From positions 5,041-69,040 of the forward strand of contig CAYPQK010000001.1 of NCBI GenBank assembly GCA_964412895.1: DNA of 64,000 bases, written 5' to 3'. This document shows positions 42,501 through 48,593 of this stretch, in pieces. Numbering within the stretch: position 1 is the first letter of the stretch; the number at the start of each line of letters is the position of its first letter. The DNA is from an uncultured Spirochaetales bacterium. Its GTDB lineage: Bacteria; UBP6; UBA1177; JAKLFG01. The notes under the pieces were generated by a model. That model worked only from the letters and a program-made list of their open reading frames with translations, was not told where the DNA came from and searched no databases. Both the position numbers and the translations under genes were made by a program.

Positions 42501-44597
42501 GTCAATCCGGAGCCCTATGTCCACGGCGCCGGTATCTGGGAGATCGGCTACGGTTATGACGACGACATCGACCATGACACCACCGCGATACTCGAACTCG
42601 ACGGCGCCTCGGTGAACCGGCTCATCTTCGTCATCGGCAACATCGAGGATGTGGCGGGCTACACGACCCACGGGACCGTCGTCCTGACCCCGGTCGACGC
42701 GATCGGCGGGACCACCACCGTCAATATCGCCGAGGACGGCGCCGACATGATGGCCGAATTCACGAACCTCACCTTCGAGGACAGCGTCATCGGCGGTCAG
42801 ACCGACATCGAGATGCTGGTGACGATAACCGAACAGCCCTCCGGCAACACCTACACCAAAACGATCTTCGTCCATGTCAATCTGGAGAAACCCGAAGGTA
42901 TCACCCCGACCGTGACCACCGATCCGGCCCGCGGCGAATCTTTCGTTCAGTGGAATGCCGTCGTCGGCAACAATTCGGCCTACGCCGGTGCGTTCCAGAA
43001 CCGCGTGTACGAATATCAGGTGAAGTATGAACAGTATGGCGGCGCCTGTTCGCTCGATGACAGCGAAAGTGCGTTCGACACCGGCGTCGCGATCACTCCG
43101 CTGGCCGACTTCTCGGTGGCCGATCCGTCGCTCAACGGCGATGATTTCGTCGCGCCCAAAGCGGCGGGCGAAGCGCAGAACTACATGTTCTACCTAAAGA
43201 AACGGTCGAATATCGCCCTCACCCAGACCGCCGACATCCACCGGAACGGCGATCCCTACTGCTTCGCGGTCCGCGCCAGCGACGGCATCTATGCGCAGGA
43301 CGGCACGATACTTGTGACAAATACCTCGCCCATCTTGTCTACCAATGTTGTGGATAAGGGAGCGATACAGTTGACCTCTAATGAGCTGATAGCAACGGCC
43401 GCGGGTGCCCATTCAACCATGAATATCAAGAATATGGGCGACATCAACGGCGATACCAAGACCGATTTTGTCATTTCCGATTCGGGTCGGCAGAAAGCGT
43501 ATGTGTTCATCAGCAACGCGGTAGGCGCTCCGACAAAACTGGAACTGGTCAATCCGGTGGATGTCGGTATCACCTCTTTCGGGTATCGTCTCGCCCTCGC
43601 CGACCTTAATGGTGATGGATTCACGGATGTTCTGGTAAGCGATGTCGGCACGAAGAGCATCCATATTTATTATGGTATAGCCAATTCGGTCAATACCGCT
43701 CGCGGCGATAAGATCACCTTTGTCGATACCATATCCGACCTTTCTGGTATCGGCGATTTCAATGGCGACGGATGTCATGATCTTGTTGTCGGGCAGGCAT
43801 CGTATGACGATCCGGGGAATGCGGCCCCCGGCGACCAGACGGGGCGGGCTTTCGTGGTTTATGGTGACGACAAAGGCGCCGCGGGAAAGACCTGCATCGG
43901 CGATTATACTACGCAGGTCGGCGTCTCTTATCTCGGTTCAGCCGCCGGCGAACGGTTCGGATACAATGTCCGGAAAATCGGGAACATCAAGAACGAAATG
44001 AATGGCACCGTGCCCTACGGTTGTTTTGTCGGCGGACATTATGACAATGTCAATCCGGCATCCGCCAAGATCACTAAGGCCAAAGTGTTCTATGGTTCCG
44101 CTGCTCCGGTCGGCGGCAATATCACCTCCTATGATGTCACCGTTAACGGTCTTGCTCAACTTCGCACCCTCTTCTTCGGGAAACTCAACGGTGACGATTT
44201 CTCCGATTTCGGCATCATTGACAGCGGTAAGATAAAATTCTTCTACGGGTCGGCCGCCGGTACCGTTTTCCCGGGCGTATGGACCGAAGGGACCAATCAG
44301 ATCACCCGTAGCGACATCATGGATGAAGTGGCGGGCGTCGAAAGCGGCGTGTGGGGATTGGGCAGTTCCGGATATGCCGAAGATATCAACGACGATGGGC
44401 TGACCGATTTCTTCATCAACGGAGAAAAGGATCAGTATATGTATAGCGGGATGGGCACCTTCTTTACGATGCACCCCGCTCTCTATATGGGTCTTCCCAT
44501 AGGGGCAGGCAGTTCACAGTCGACGATCCTTTCCTACGGACTGGTGGTGTGTAACCGCAACACCGATGCCGGTAATTGTATGTTGTATTATCGTTAA
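36540..44597 (+). CDS. Giant (2693 aa) surface adhesin-like lipoprotein with tandem Ig-like repeats and C-terminal FG-GAP/VCBS repeats
   Basis: GGGAG RBS. Signal plus lipobox VGGC. Six tandem repeats of about 85 aa (TPTNDTTPxWSW...YRYSxxDxxxW...). C-terminal GDxNGDGxxD integrin-alpha-like repeats. Confidence 0.85.
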   Translation: MKRIVVALIWIMFLSLVVGGCSTKDQCNADTDCKTGYACGDDKKCHEIQVALLFQDIADGQTLTVADDLDKSDEAIQINVTVAAQATAGSIKDGTAITLEVKSSAAETSDGDTVNGTAATATKSYAGILVNGFARFLNIPFAEGQHTVTAYLTLSPAIKVTATLTATYEQTDTLVMRYYKGGTTPTMLEGATLDDNDDLNKEAANFQVKMEAVTTGYADGQVVEIFIEGYSITWAPAIIEDGVASFPSFVVPIWADIVMRVKVADVEDTLAFSAVSAESCGFALDIQNNDRFGMADDTSAGLSGLQKMLTISDVTLCSTGSEIEIYIDGVPGTDEPDETLTLGAASVQQSITLPESANQTDTRTVTVVMKDDDSSATGQMTVTGLFVDITAPTLSVTAPLDNTTLTPVDDTNTSLEGVQIAVTGSASDSLSDEVTVEVRDGTTLLGDTTGTGDYSVDDVSFTATNEALTLAVTARDAIGNETVVEVPLKVYVNDPVIAFQTICARTPVMNMQLSSADDGDQLAGGVQCAVIVRTTDIESASTEVSLNINDEDPIVETIGTGGLTLFDMVTLPDGEDSLTARVMHLGTAYQTGITVQVDATLPVVTLTLTPTVDGGFAQSVDADFAFSCSEADCEYSYRIDSGALSAYATTATAEYTALAEGLHTFAVQARDPFGNVGDLTVFNWTIDHTAPAAPTVTGVTPTNDTTPEWSWNTPTGTVEFRYSTDQTNWTTTAVTAFTPAPALAEGDQILYVQGRDAAGNWSASGSFTITIDTTALSAPVVSGTTPTNDTTPKWSWDAITDAVEYRYSYTDGSGWTTTADNFFIPVTALTAGDHTLFVQARDAAENWSDSGWFTITIDLTAPAAPEVLGTTPTNDTTPNWSWIPVADAVNYRYSYDEMTWTETVDTTFTPTTQLAAGTYTLFVQAQDAAGNWSLSGSKEVVIDLSTPNAPVVTGVTPTTDTTPTWSWGAVTDAVEYRYSYTDGSGWATTTALSFTPSAALAEGFVTLFVQARNGVGTWSGSGLFTIEIDITAPAAPTVTGITPTSNTQPTWSWDTPTDAVEFRYSYDESSWTVTTANSFTPGSALIDDAYTLYVQARDAVGNWSTSGSFEIVVDTEAPVAPTVTGTTPTNDTTPTWSWNTPVGAVNFRYSYTDGSGWTETTGTSYTAAPALTAGTYTLYVQAADATGNWSTSGSFAITIDTTAPTLVIGAPSATVAKNGTDVTYTVTYSGADTVTLANGNITLNATGGASGSVAVTGTGTVTRTVTISNLTGNGTLGISIAAGTASDTAGNTALAAGPSATFTVDNTAPTVVIDPVNACTRRTTGTISFTVTGATTTTCRFDTPAGLGTPGACGGSYGYTLVDGDGTYTLTVTATDDAGNSGSDDAFFSLNTTTPTVQWFLPASGTSYKAGSAVPSFVYRTKNLEAGEMVEIIDADTGLALASGITAGSLCNATEDVSIPLDLPDKCGTYKLYAKVNDGVDSVDRYTDNLTALPATQRTYTFDRDEPVISSFVVNNDADSNNVLISTEDADGIAGNGMQADITITVQDAIDIGRTVTLRNKTTGNTYTATVVGDKTATFTGITIPEGINSFGATLVDCGGNTSAESAKTITVDTTPPSVLFQGPTGVTPGHPLWLTSRDGTVVGDELIGQELKFKITGDWDNATPVVKHFVYDYADAPVGAAHTYTLGEMDIVGTEVSIDLDGSDDPAAPLAYNKHKFEITVEDANGNIRVASRTYEGDPKIPNAVISYPTDELVLDVTKDEDAVASGVQFTLHLDLTKLATPTGTDSTIDILAIPITALGGTEDGTRSRKSWNGFIADTDGAAQTFPNDGTFLRLGDGFWRLTVKVTDDHQNVYDTALLPVAQQIDVDVVTDVASSSLYLSNDKLINGTQTAPTWLNSNDGGPTYDLYVETDSPNGTNNACINVNAGGDICADVDAGRAEFTAVALTTGGVENTIVLTVNNGVAVATDTYYVRADNTDPTLDPATDVNPEPYVHGAGIWEIGYGYDDDIDHDTTAILELDGASVNRLIFVIGNIEDVAGYTTHGTVVLTPVDAIGGTTTVNIAEDGADMMAEFTNLTFEDSVIGGQTDIEMLVTITEQPSGNTYTKTIFVHVNLEKPEGITPTVTTDPARGESFVQWNAVVGNNSAYAGAFQNRVYEYQVKYEQYGGACSLDDSESAFDTGVAITPLADFSVADPSLNGDDFVAPKAAGEAQNYMFYLKKRSNIALTQTADIHRNGDPYCFAVRASDGIYAQDGTILVTNTSPILSTNVVDKGAIQLTSNELIATAAGAHSTMNIKNMGDINGDTKTDFVISDSGRQKAYVFISNAVGAPTKLELVNPVDVGITSFGYRLALADLNGDGFTDVLVSDVGTKSIHIYYGIANSVNTARGDKITFVDTISDLSGIGDFNGDGCHDLVVGQASYDDPGNAAPGDQTGRAFVVYGDDKGAAGKTCIGDYTTQVGVSYLGSAAGERFGYNVRKIGNIKNEMNGTVPYGCFVGGHYDNVNPASAKITKAKVFYGSAAPVGGNITSYDVTVNGLAQLRTLFFGKLNGDDFSDFGIIDSGKIKFFYGSAAGTVFPGVWTEGTNQITRSDIMDEVAGVESGVWGLGSSGYAEDINDDGLTDFFINGEKDQYMYSGMGTFFTMHPALYMGLPIGAGSSQSTILSYGLVVCNRNTDAGNCMLYYR
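38600..40140 (+). repeat. Six tandem repeats of about 255 bp (85 aa) inside the giant adhesin gene
   Basis: Repeated protein motif APAAPTVTG(V/T)TPTNDTTPxWSW...(E/N)(F/Y)RYS...FTP..AL..G.YTL(F/Y)VQA(R/Q)DA(A/V)GNWS.SGSF.I.ID. Confidence 0.8.
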
Positions 44598-44611
44598 ATC
44601 GGGAGGAACTG

Positions 44612-44740
44612 ATGTATAAGAAGCCTTGCGTCCTGGAAGAAAAGACCATAGAAAAAAGGATCCTTTTCGCCTGCACCCTTGATACGCCGGAAGACGAGTT
44701 CTGCGTAGACAGCATTTCTACCGCCGGCAGTCAAGGCTGA
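44612..44740 (+). CDS. Small ORF (42 aa) encoding a candidate RiPP precursor peptide (not in the ORF track)
   Basis: GGGAGGAA RBS 5 nt upstream of the ATG. Sequence MYKKPCVLEEKTIEKRILFACTLDTPEDEFCVDSISTAGSQG with 3 Cys. Locally lower GC. Sits 15 nt after the giant gene and 19 nt before the peptidase gene. Confidence 0.5.
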   Translation: MYKKPCVLEEKTIEKRILFACTLDTPEDEFCVDSISTAGSQG

Positions 44741-44759
44741 ACGACTCAGCTTTTCTTCT

Positions 44760-45203
44760 ATGAATAATTTTTCCATCGACGAACTCATTGCAACCTTCTC
44801 TACCGATGGCGGTCTCGGCGTGGTGCTGTTCGGCGCACAGAACTCCATGCTGCCTTCCATTCGCCCCGGAGAACTCATCCACATCGCGCCGGTGGATCGC
44901 GACCGTCTGCGTTCCGGCGATGTGGTGGTCTTCCGCACCGGCGAAGTGCTCGTGGCGCACCGGCTCGTCTGGAAACGCGGCTTCGTCGCGCGGACCAAGG
45001 GCGACAACAATCCCTATTGCGACCCAGCCATACCGGTGTTCGACATCGTCGGCGTGGTCGAAGGAAAGAAGTCGCGGTGGGCGTTCTGCTACTATCTCGT
45101 GCGGAACCGGCTTCGCCACTACACGCCCCGTCCGGCGCGACTGCTGTTCTCGGAGTTGAAGAATAAACTGCTCGGCCGGAAACGGTGGATGGAACACCTA
45201 TGA
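44760..45203 (+). CDS. Clan SF (signal-peptidase I / LexA-like S24/S26) serine peptidase-like protein
   Basis: Motifs GAQNSMLPSIRPGELI, GDVVVFRTGEVLVAHRLVWKRG and VARTKGDNNP resemble the Ser-Lys dyad boxes of S24/S26 peptidases. Its 3' end overlaps the rSAM gene. Confidence 0.55.
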   Translation: MNNFSIDELIATFSTDGGLGVVLFGAQNSMLPSIRPGELIHIAPVDRDRLRSGDVVVFRTGEVLVAHRLVWKRGFVARTKGDNNPYCDPAIPVFDIVGVVEGKKSRWAFCYYLVRNRLRHYTPRPARLLFSELKNKLLGRKRWMEHL

Positions 45204-46213
45204 CCATCAAACGCCCCGGCATCCTTTTCGAGGTGGCGGACCGCTGCGATGCGCGGTGTCTGCACTGTTACCAGCCGCGGGAATGCGCTCACCGGCTCAT
45301 GTCGCTCGCCGAGATCGAACGGGTGCTCGACATCCTTGCCGATAACGAATATCTCGATGTCACCTTCAGCGGCTACGAGCCGTTCACCAATCCCGACCTG
45401 TTCAAGATCATCGAGGCGGCCCGCAAGCGCCGGTTCTTCGTCAATCTCAAGACCAACGGTCTCCATCTCACCGCCGACAATGTCGCGCGGCTGAAGGCGC
45501 TCCATATCGGCACGGTCCATGTCTCCCTCTATTCGCCCGACCGCGATGAACACGACCGCGCCGCCGGTGTCCCCGGGGCGTACGACCGTATCATGACCGG
45601 CCTCGACCTTCTGCGTGAGGCAGGCATAAAGGCCATGCTTGCCGCGCCGCTTTTGCATCCGCTCCCCGATCTCGCGCGGCTCACCGCCTTTGCCAAAGAG
45701 CGCGATCTGCAGCTGGTCATCGACTACGGTTTGTTCAGTTCGTTCGACAAACGGCCCGAAGTCGAGGCGGTGAAGCTGACCGAAGCGGAGCTTGAGACGG
45801 CGATCCGTTTTCAGTACGGCATAGAAGGCGACGAGATGAATTTCTATGCGCCGAAGGAGGCTTCGTTCCTTTGCCACTACGGTGATCCTTCCACTTTCCG
45901 CATAGACTGCGCGGGCGGCATTTATGCCTGCGGCAAATGCACCGTGCCGCTCGGCAACCTGCTGACCGACGATTTTGCCGCGTTGGTGCAGAGGGCGGCG
46001 GCGGAACGGCCGCGCATCATCCGCGACCGGGAATGCAACGACTGCGACCTGTTCCCGTACTGTAGCCCCTGTCCCGCCGAAGCGTTATTGGACGGCGGCT
46101 TTCTCTGCGGCTGTTCGGCGGTACGCAAACGGATCGCCCAGATCAAGCGCCGGATCGGCAGCGCAGGAACAAAAAGGACCGGCGATGCCGCGGAGGGTCC
46201 GTGTCAGGTTTGA
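45185..46213 (+). CDS. Radical SAM enzyme with C-terminal SPASM domain (peptide-modifying maturase-like)
   Basis: CxxxCxxC motif in RCDARCLHCY. A C-terminal Cys cluster (CAGGIYACGKC...CNDCDLFPYCSPC) is typical of SPASM/twitch domains. Confidence 0.85.
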   Translation: MDGTPMTIKRPGILFEVADRCDARCLHCYQPRECAHRLMSLAEIERVLDILADNEYLDVTFSGYEPFTNPDLFKIIEAARKRRFFVNLKTNGLHLTADNVARLKALHIGTVHVSLYSPDRDEHDRAAGVPGAYDRIMTGLDLLREAGIKAMLAAPLLHPLPDLARLTAFAKERDLQLVIDYGLFSSFDKRPEVEAVKLTEAELETAIRFQYGIEGDEMNFYAPKEASFLCHYGDPSTFRIDCAGGIYACGKCTVPLGNLLTDDFAALVQRAAAERPRIIRDRECNDCDLFPYCSPCPAEALLDGGFLCGCSAVRKRIAQIKRRIGSAGTKRTGDAAEGPCQV

Positions 46214-46953
46214 AGACCCGCTGTTTTTCGATAGCAGGCTATCTCCTGAATATATCGTATGCCCCCCGGATGATCTTTCCCGCGCCGTTCCGGTTGTTTG
46301 AGACCGCAACACCGAATGAACTTCTTCTTCCTATAACCACCCAAGAACATTCCGATATCAACGACATTCGACGAGTCAACGGCGCATGGCGGATATCACG
46401 GCACCGGCCGTACCTCTATCTGCCCAAAGTGCTGGCCTACGAAGGCTTCGAGCGCGAGGAACTGTTCCTGCTCGTCCATTCCTGCTTTCTTGTTGATCGA
46501 GGGGGATGGAGCCATCTCTTTCTCGCCACTTCGGGGACCGGGAAGAGTACGTTGGCCCGCAAGATGCGCGGCCTCATGACCGGCGGCAACGACGAGACCA
46601 ATGTCCTCTGCCGTCGCGCCGGTATTCTTTACGGTTATTCGACCCCCTTCTACACGATATCGAAGCTCAAGAACGCCGTCATCTCCAATATCTCCGCGCC
46701 GCTCAAACGGGTCTATCTCCTGCGCAAGACCGAAGAGCCGTCGCGTATCGGTGAGCCGGTCGCCGGAGATGTACTGTGGCGCTATCTGGTCGAGGGACAG
46801 GTGAGCACACCGTACAGTAAACGCGAATATTTTTCCGCCTACCACCGCATGGTGAACGACCTCTGCGACTGCCACCCCGTCCATCCTTTCCATCACAACT
46901 TGACCGATCCGCCCGAACGGATCGCGGCGCTCCTCGAAAGCGGCGACCGGTAA
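46201..46953 (+). CDS. HPr kinase/phosphorylase-like (HprK C-terminal domain) P-loop protein
   Basis: P-loop LATSGTGKSTLA in an HprK-like context. GTG start overlapping the rSAM stop. Exact start uncertain (alternative ATG at 46270). Confidence 0.55.
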   Translation: MSGLKTRCFSIAGYLLNISYAPRMIFPAPFRLFETATPNELLLPITTQEHSDINDIRRVNGAWRISRHRPYLYLPKVLAYEGFEREELFLLVHSCFLVDRGGWSHLFLATSGTGKSTLARKMRGLMTGGNDETNVLCRRAGILYGYSTPFYTISKLKNAVISNISAPLKRVYLLRKTEEPSRIGEPVAGDVLWRYLVEGQVSTPYSKREYFSAYHRMVNDLCDCHPVHPFHHNLTDPPERIAALLESGDR

Positions 46954-46973
46954 AACATACTAAAAGAATCGTT

Positions 46974-47031
46974 AGTAGGCCCCGGCCTACTTGTTGTCGA
47001 TAGGCGTCGGCCTACAAGTGTTGCTTTTTTG
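46974..47031 (+). terminator. Probable rho-independent terminator ending the PqqD-to-HprK-like operon
   Basis: Two GC hairpins (GTAGGccccggCCTAC and TAGGCgtcgGCCTA) followed by TTGCTTTTTT. Confidence 0.45.
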
Positions 47032-47132
47032 ATTGCGGAGATTACTTCTTAGAATCATAGAGCTTTTCTATTAAAGATCATCAAGGATGTTTATTTGCAG
47101 AGTATTTTCAAGCTGTTATAACATTTTTTCTG

Positions 47133-47161
47133 TTGACAAAGTTCCCTTACGAGGATATGCT
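47133..47161 (+). promoter_or_regulatory. Sigma70-like promoter upstream of the second small peptide ORF
   Basis: TTGACA, 17 nt spacer, TATGCT. Confidence 0.45.
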
Positions 47162-47202
47162 TGCGCTGTTTTGTTTGTTGAAAAAAGATATTTTTTGAAA
47201 TC

Positions 47203-47352
47203 ATGATGAATTCTCGCGGCTACGAAAAACCGGTTATAATTGAAGAACTCGTACTGGAAAAAGAACTTCTCTTTGCCTGCCTTTTTCATAACCGGAATCA
47301 GTGCGAACCTATCTGCCGCAACCCCGGGCAAAGCGCTGGGGAGCCTTGTTGA
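47203..47352 (+). CDS. Small ORF (49 aa), second candidate precursor peptide paralogous to 44612..44740 (not in the ORF track)
   Basis: MMNSRGYEKPVIIEELVLEKELLFACLFHNRNQCEPICRNPGQSAGEPC. Shares Y-x-K-P-x-[VI]-[LI]-E-E-x-x-[IL]-E-K-x-[IL]-L-F-A-C with the first peptide. 4 Cys. Lies in an AT-rich intergenic region. No clear SD. Confidence 0.42.
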   Translation: MMNSRGYEKPVIIEELVLEKELLFACLFHNRNQCEPICRNPGQSAGEPC

Positions 47353-47441
47353 CACCGTCGAACACCGGTAACCTCCGCTCTTCTTGCTTTTCCGAACCGA
47401 AGAAGATATAAATCACCGGTACTCTTTGGCGTGGCAGGGAA

Positions 47442-48593
47442 ATGAAGAAGAACGCCGGAAATGAAAAAACGACCATACTTATAGTGGAAGACGATCCCGG
47501 ACTATCGAAGCTCATCGACATCTCTCTCAAAGCTCACGGGTGGGGAACGATAGCGGCCTTTTCGGGCGAAGAGGCGTTGGCGATGTCCCGGGACCGGCGG
47601 CCGCGGCTGATCCTCCTTGACTACTCACCCCCCGATATGTCGGGGTCCGACTTCATCGACGCCGCCGAACGGATAGCGTTCCCGTTGCCCCCTTTTATAG
47701 TGGCGACCGGCCGCGGAGACGAACGGATAGCGGTCGAGATGATGAAACGGGGCGCCCGCGACTACATCGTCAAGGATTCTCAGTTCCTCAACACTTTGAG
47801 CATAGCGGTCGAACGGGTATTGGAACAACTGGAAACGGAGCGGCGGCTGAAAGAGACCGAACGACTCCTGCGGGAACACGACGCGGCGCTCATCGCCTCC
47901 CGGGAACAGCTCCAGATATTCGCCGAACGGTTGCTCATCGTACCGGAACAGGAGCGGGCCCGCATCGCCCGCGAGATCCACGACCTGTTGGCGCAGGACC
48001 TGATCCGCCTGAAGATAGATCTGGTCTGGCTGAACGGACAGTTCGCCAAGATGACCCCGCTTCCCGTTCTTCTCAAAGAACGGGTCGTCGAGATGATCCA
48101 GATAGCGGACGGCGCGATCACCTGCGTGCAAAAGATCGCCACCGAACTGCGTCCGGCGGTGCTCGACAGTCTCGGGCTGTGCGCCGCGGTGGAATGGCAG
48201 GCCCGTGAATTTCAGGAACGGACCGGCATTCAGTGTCTGGTGAAAGTGCCGGAAAAAGATCTTCCGGTGGACAGGGATTTCACTATTGCCATTTTTCGTA
48301 TCCTGCAGGAGAGTCTGACCAATGTACGGCGGCACGCCAACGCAACGCGGGTGGATGTCCTGCTACGGCAAAAGGCCGGATATCTGTTCCTCAGGGTACA
48401 GGATAACGGATCCGGCATAACACCGACGGCGCTCCACGATCCGCTTTCCATCGGGCTTACCGGTATGCGGGAGCGGGCGGTGCTTCTCGGTGGTCGGATC
48501 GAGATCACCGGCAAGCCGGGGGCGGGGACGACGGTCGAGGTCCGGTTGCCGCTTTCGAAAATAGGAAAAAAACGGGAGGCGGCTCCGTTATGA
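47442..48593 (+). CDS. Hybrid REC-HisKA_3-HATPase_c sensor kinase (NarL-partner type, no extracytoplasmic sensor)
   Basis: N-terminal receiver ILIVEDDP...LLDYSPPDM. HisKA_3 H-box ERARIAREIHDLLAQ. HATPase G-box. Confidence 0.85.
   Translation: MKKNAGNEKTTILIVEDDPGLSKLIDISLKAHGWGTIAAFSGEEALAMSRDRRPRLILLDYSPPDMSGSDFIDAAERIAFPLPPFIVATGRGDERIAVEMMKRGARDYIVKDSQFLNTLSIAVERVLEQLETERRLKETERLLREHDAALIASREQLQIFAERLLIVPEQERARIAREIHDLLAQDLIRLKIDLVWLNGQFAKMTPLPVLLKERVVEMIQIADGAITCVQKIATELRPAVLDSLGLCAAVEWQAREFQERTGIQCLVKVPEKDLPVDRDFTIAIFRILQESLTNVRRHANATRVDVLLRQKAGYLFLRVQDNGSGITPTALHDPLSIGLTGMRERAVLLGGRIEITGKPGAGTTVEVRLPLSKIGKKREAAPL

Noticed and set aside
36429-42875. Long minus-strand ORFs (36429..39041, 39435..42875) antisense to the giant adhesin
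   Set aside because: Shadow ORFs created by codon-position GC bias of the plus-strand gene. Translations are Gly/Arg/Val-rich low complexity.
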